Assembly: GCA_963823655.1 (NCBI GenBank)
Contig: CAWGMK010000010.1
Location: 64,001-128,000, forward strand
Source of the DNA: an uncultured Bacillota bacterium
GTDB taxonomy: Bacteria > Bacillota > DTU025 > MWDF01
Direction: 5' to 3'
Length of the DNA stretch: 64,000 nt
Shown: positions 58,688 to 64,000 of the stretch, piece by piece
How positions within the stretch are numbered: the first letter of the stretch is position 1
Layout: each line of letters starts with the position of its first letter
Notes under the pieces: model-generated
What the model was told of the DNA's origin: nothing
The model's input: only the letters and a program-made list of their open reading frames with translations
Databases searched by the model: none
Program-made: the position numbers and the translations under genes

Positions 58688-58711
58688 GCGGCCCAACAGG
58701 AGGCTCTATAG

Positions 58712-61700
58712 ATGAACCGTGGCCGTATCTTGACCTATATATCGATTATCCTGCTGGTGCTCCTCATACAGCCTGTTTCGGCAAGGCCTCCTGTTGAGAT
58801 GCCCACAAGGGCGGGGACCGCAATCACCAACCAGGCTAAAGTGGAGTACAACAACCTTGGAGGGGAGGCCTTCCAGGCATCAAGCAACATAGTGATGACC
58901 ATCGTATCCGTAGTCCCCGGCGTGGATATTACTGATGGGTCCCATGTGGCATCTGCCCCTGGTAACGTAGTCATATTCCATCACATGCTCACTAATACGG
59001 GAAACGCGCCTGAAGCGATCAACATAGACGTGGCTAACGCCGCAGGTTTTTTATTCGAAATATTCCACGACTCCGACCTGGACATGGCTTTGACATCATC
59101 GGACGCCCCGTTTTCTGACACCAACGGGGACGCCCTTCCAGATACAGGGATAGTCGACCTCGGTACTTCGGTGTCGATGTTCCTGAAGGTCACGATACCC
59201 TCAAACGCACCGCTTACCATCGAAGCCCTTTTTGGAATAACGGCATCCAGCAGCCTTGACAGCTCCGTTTCGGACTATGCAGAGGATCTAATCTCGGTGG
59301 ACGAGGCCAGACCCTTCATCGATGTTTACAACAGCCCGCAATATGCCTATTTGGGCACAGAGTACAAGTTTGACATAGCCTTCGGCAACACCGGCGACAT
59401 TGCGTTCACATCGGCAACGCTAGTTACAACAATTCCGGACGGGCTCGAATTCGTATCCACCAATAGCGGATACGCATACGATGTAGCCGGAAAGACCATT
59501 ACCTGGTTCTTGGGTGACATCGAACCGGGAGCATCCGGCAGCTTTAGCGTTACTGTGAGGGTAATCTCAGCCGGCCCGGGAATAACATACGTGAAAAATG
59601 AAGCGACTTTAGGCGGAGGTAGCGGTACCAGCCTTTATGACTTCGAGAATACAGGATTGGTCACCACGGCTCCGGCTACGATTGTCCTTGTCGCAAATCC
59701 GGACGTGATAGTAGGAGACGGAATCTCACAATCACTTCTGACAGCAACCGTTCTAGATGCGATAGGAAATCCAGTACCGGACGGAACGCCTGTGGCATTC
59801 GGCACTGAGGCAGGGACATTCCTGCCCAACGGGCTCGCCTCATTTACTGGCATTACGACCGGCGGCATAGCCCAGGTGATACTTGTGGCGCCGCTAATCC
59901 ACGGTTTCGAACCTGTCTCCAATCTTGTGGAAGTGGAAGCGGGCACGCCTGAGACCGGGGAAGCATACGATACCGTGACGATCACATTCTCGCCTGCGGG
60001 AATACTGGGCATCGTCTGGAACTCTAATCTGAACCAGCCTGTACCGGATATCCTTGTGGAACTTCTCGACGGCGATGGCATAGTCATATACTCGACCATT
60101 ACCGGCTCCGACGGAAGGTACATGCTGATAGCCCCCGCAATCGGGCAATACATGGTACGAGTGCACACAAATGAACCTGAAGGCCGCGGCCTTATTGAAA
60201 TGGCAGTGGACGTGCAGGAGGTTCAAGGCGCGATATGGAGCACACCATGCGCGATATTGGGCAGCGCCTTCGTTGATATCGCGGACTTGGCGCTGGCATC
60301 ATCGCTTCAACCACTGGCTGGCGCAGTAATTGGCTTATACAAGGATGGAGCCCTTATTGGCCAGGCAGTTGCTGACGAGTTCGGCGAGTTCGAATTCCTG
60401 AATCTGCCGCTGGGCGATTATGTGCTCAAGGCAATGACACCTTCTGGAAATACTGGTTTCAGCGGCGCATCCCTCGTCTACAACGGTGAAGTCCTTATCG
60501 CAGAATATATCGAGCTGTACGAAGCGGGCAAAGTATATGATGCAGCTAACCTGGCGCCCATCCCGGGTGCCGAGGTGACGCTCCTTTACGCAACAGGCCC
60601 GATGGCAGGCACCCCTGTGCCGCTTCCTGCGACACCTTCTCTGCTGCCGCAGGACAATCCTGCATATACTGACCTGCTAGGCCACTATATATTCTTCACC
60701 GAACAGGGAGAGTACATCCTCAAAGCAACCGCTTTCGGCTATGAGGACTTCCTATCCGGACCGTTCACTCTGGCGGGTCCTGTCGTAAATGCCTGGATAC
60801 CCATGCAGCTCATAACGTCTTCTTCATTGGGAATTAAGAAGCTGTCGAGCAGGTCGGCGGCGTCTCCAAGCGAATCGGTGAAGTTCACATTGAGCTGGAG
60901 CAACACATCGGGCGCCCCGCTTTCAGGAGTGCAGATGGTGGACAAGCTTCCTGTGGAGTTGACAGTGCAGGAGGACACCATCACCGGCGGCGGCATCTAT
61001 GATCCGATTGAGCACACGATTACCTGGTACTACGGCAACATCAACGCTTCTGCGGAGCTTCGAACCGAAGCCTATTTCGCCACCGTGGCAGAGGGCGTCG
61101 ATGACGGGACAGAGCTATTGAACAGAGTCGAGGTATTCTCTGAGGATGGAGCCAAGGCCGCCTCTTCAGTGCTTGTCCTAATTGCCAGGAAGCCCGGTAT
61201 AGAAGTATCCAAAGAGGCCGGATCAACAAGAGTCAGCACGGGCGACATAGTAACCTACAGGGTTGATGTTCACAATAGCGACGAAGTGCCTGCCCCCATG
61301 ACAGCATTCGATGTTGTGGTAGAGGACGTCCTTCCTGCAGGATTCTCTTACATACAAGGTTCAACTTATCTGGACGGGGTCCATGCGGCTGATCCTTCCA
61401 TCACAGGTTCGACGCTTTGCTGGGCATTGGGCGACATTTTAGTGGGCGAATCCCGCTCCATTGTCTATAAGGCTGGAGTCGGTCCCGGCGCAATCTTAGG
61501 CTCAGACAGCGTAAACTCGGCCATGGTTTTCGGGACGGGAGAGAACGGCTATCCATTTGAAGCGGGTCCTGCATCGGCAAGCGTGCTTGTAACCGGACCT
61601 GCATTCTCCTCGCTTGGCTCGATTATCGGCAAAGTGTTCAATGACAAGGATGAGGACGGCTACCAGGACAAGGATGAGCAAGGCATTGACGGCGCCGAGC

Positions 61701-64000
61701 TAATTATGGATGACGGCATGAGGGTATTGACCGACAAGGATGGCCTGTATCATATAGGCCAAGTCAAGCCGGGTGTGCGCTCGATAAAGCTGAACAAGTC
61801 CTCCTTACCTTTCAAGGGAGAAATGACCAACAGCTTCAAGGATGCGACGGGGATCTCGTCATCGTTCTTCGTCGATGTGTATCCATCCGGAATCTCCAGG
61901 GCTGATTTTGCCGTAAAGAATATCAATACCACGGCTTCGCACAGCTTGAAGATGAGCATAGATGCAGGCGGTATGGTGCCCGTCAGTGAAGGCAAATCCA
62001 CCGTCTTGGTAAAGATAAACTATGTTAACGACGGAAACGCAAAGATGGACAACGCGCTGATATCTTTGGCCGCAGTTTCCGGAGATGAATTCGCGAAGGT
62101 GTCCGTTATGGGAGCTGAAGATGCGAAGGTAAAGGATCTCTTGCCGGGGCAGTCGGGAGAGGCAAGCTTCTTCGTATCGGTAACAGGCATAAGCCAGGAT
62201 TACTCCAGCCTGTTGATTGGAGCCGCGGCATACATACCGGGAACAGACGGCGACGCATCTAGCCCTCCTGGATAGGGCGAGCGATGTGGCAGTCCTCTAT
62301 GTGAAGGGCCCTGCTGCCTCGACGGCAGGCTTCTCCATAGAAGTACCCGGTCCGGTGTCCCTCGCCCAAATCGGTCACATCTCCATCAAGACCGTTTCCC
62401 CGCTTGCCACAAATACAAAACTAATGGTCAATGGGGCCGTAGTTTCGAAGGATAGTGTAGGCTCCACTACGAGGGACGGCATACAGGACAAGCTGATACT
62501 TGAATACATAAGCGTTGAGATCAGCACCGGTATCAATGTCATTGAGCTGGTAAATGAGGTAAATGGACGGACCGTGGCTAACGGCCGTAGTGCTCAAAGC
62601 AGGCCAAGCAGATAAATTGATCCTGGCCCACATTCCGACGGGGGAAGGCCTGAATATCGGCTCAAAGATCGCAGCATCAGCCCTTGCAGTGGACAAAGCG
62701 GGTCTTCCTGCAGGAAGGTTCGCTGGGGCGTCCTTTACAGCCTCAGGTGCAGAGTTCATAGGCACGGATGCAAAGCCTCAGGACGATGGCTTCCAGCCGG
62801 GCGCCGGGGAGTTGGGCAACTATGACCTTCTGATGTCCGTAACTGACTCAGATACCAATCTGGCCCTTACAGGCATGATCGGTGACAACAGCACCGAAGC
62901 TGACCTTTCAAGTATCAGGCCTCTTTCCAAGGCGGCCTTCGTTTCCGGCACGATTAGAGCTAACCCACAACTTGAGCGATTTCCAAAGCTCATACATCAA
63001 GGCAAGGGCATTCCTGCGCAAAGAGTTCGCAGGCGGCGTGCTCACACTTAGATACGACTCCGAGCAGGGAACGGTGGACGGCCTTTACTCTGACGCGGCA
63101 GAAGATACCATGTACAGCCTATATGGCGACTCATCGTCAATAAGCAACGCGAGCCCGTCGGCAAGCCCGTTCTATGCGAGATTCTCGGCAAGCGGCATCT
63201 ACGCCATGTGGGGCGATTTCCAGCCTCTATACCAGGGGGCGGAGCTGTCGAGCTTCAAATCGAAGTTCACAGGCCTTTCTGCCGGGGTGAGCATCAAGGG
63301 CTTCAGCCTTGGAGCATTCGTCGCACCTTTGAAGGACGGCATCAGCACCGAGCGCATAGAAGCTGACGGGACATCAGGATATTTCTTCCTCGATGGCTAC
63401 CCGCTGCTCGCGGGCAGCGAGGCAGTATATGCGATATTGGTAAGCCCTGATGAGGAGGGCATAGTCCTCGAAAGGATAACTTTCAAACGGGCAATCGACT
63501 ATACGATAGATTACGAAACGGGATCCATACTGTTATCCAAACCGTTGCCTTCAACCGACTCCTTGGGAAACAAGTATTTCCTGGAGGTAGTGTATACGAC
63601 GCCCGGAACCGGTATCACCGGCCTTGTGGCCGGCGGCAGGCTACATGCAGACTTCGGAGCCGCCGACGCAGGAATCACTGCGGCTATCCAGAGCGATTTC
63701 ATAAGCTCGGATGCGGTAGTCGGAGCCGACTTCGGACTTGACCTGGGCCAGGCATTTAGGCTCAAAGCAGAAGCCGGCGCATCTTTCTCCGATGGGGTTT
63801 ACGGCGGATATGCGGTTAAAGCGGGGGCAACTTCGAAGATCGGCGTTATTTCGCTGGCTCTGGAAGCATTGGCCACCGACGGCGGGTTCAAAAAGCCAGG
63901 TGAAAGCATCGCCATGAACAGGCAAGTAGGTCTGGTCGGCAAGGCTGAGGTGGACAAAACCAGTCCGATAATCCTGTCGCTGACTTCGGCCAACTACTGG
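58712..64000 (+). CDS. Giant DUF11 + Big_1-like + carboxypeptidase-regulatory-like + SdrD-B protein with probable beta-barrel (paralog of 45499-53444); frameshifts near 62260, 62575 and 62980; runs off the window
   Basis: Signal, TRAGTAITNQAKVEY; ATVLDAIGNPVPDGTPVAF; GKVFNDKDEDG; ADGTSGYFFLDGYP..DYTIDYETGSILL matching the paralog. Confidence 0.85.

Noticed and set aside
1-64000. Pervasive frameshifts as mass pseudogenization or programmed frameshifting
   Set aside because: They also hit essential genes (polA, dnaE) and are scattered 1-nt indels, which fits long-read consensus error

Overview
The window joins two compositionally different segments, and almost every long gene carries 1-nt frameshifts typical of uncorrected long reads. 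Segment 1 (1-45498, roughly 70-75% GC by eye) is probably Chloroflexota/Limnocylindria-like; this is an inference from gene style. It carries polA, an ECF sigma/anti-sigma pair, corA, tRNA-Leu(CAA) followed by a double-LAGLIDADG-like gene, an AAC(3)-family acetyltransferase, a RibD-C reductase, a P-type ATPase, a META-repeat protein, dnaE, a GH25 muramidase, an alcohol dehydrogenase, an acyltransferase and a REC-HD-GYP regulator. It also has an atypical sortase (Ser and Lys in place of the catalytic Cys and Arg) next to two giant repeat surface proteins that end in QPxTDT-TM-basic tails, then an M14 peptidase and a BMP/nucleoside ABC operon. Segment 2 (45499-64000, roughly 50-55% GC, diderm-like) starts abruptly inside a gene and is a DUF11 (TIGR01451-type) repeat locus with two giant paralogous proteins carrying probable outer-membrane beta-barrels and three secreted subunits. 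The best candidate new systems are (1) a DUF11 filament that could assemble by N-terminal donor-strand complementation plus intermolecular Lys-Asn isopeptide bonds and anchor in its own beta-barrel, and (2) a Ser-nucleophile sortase with a QPxTD sorting signal.
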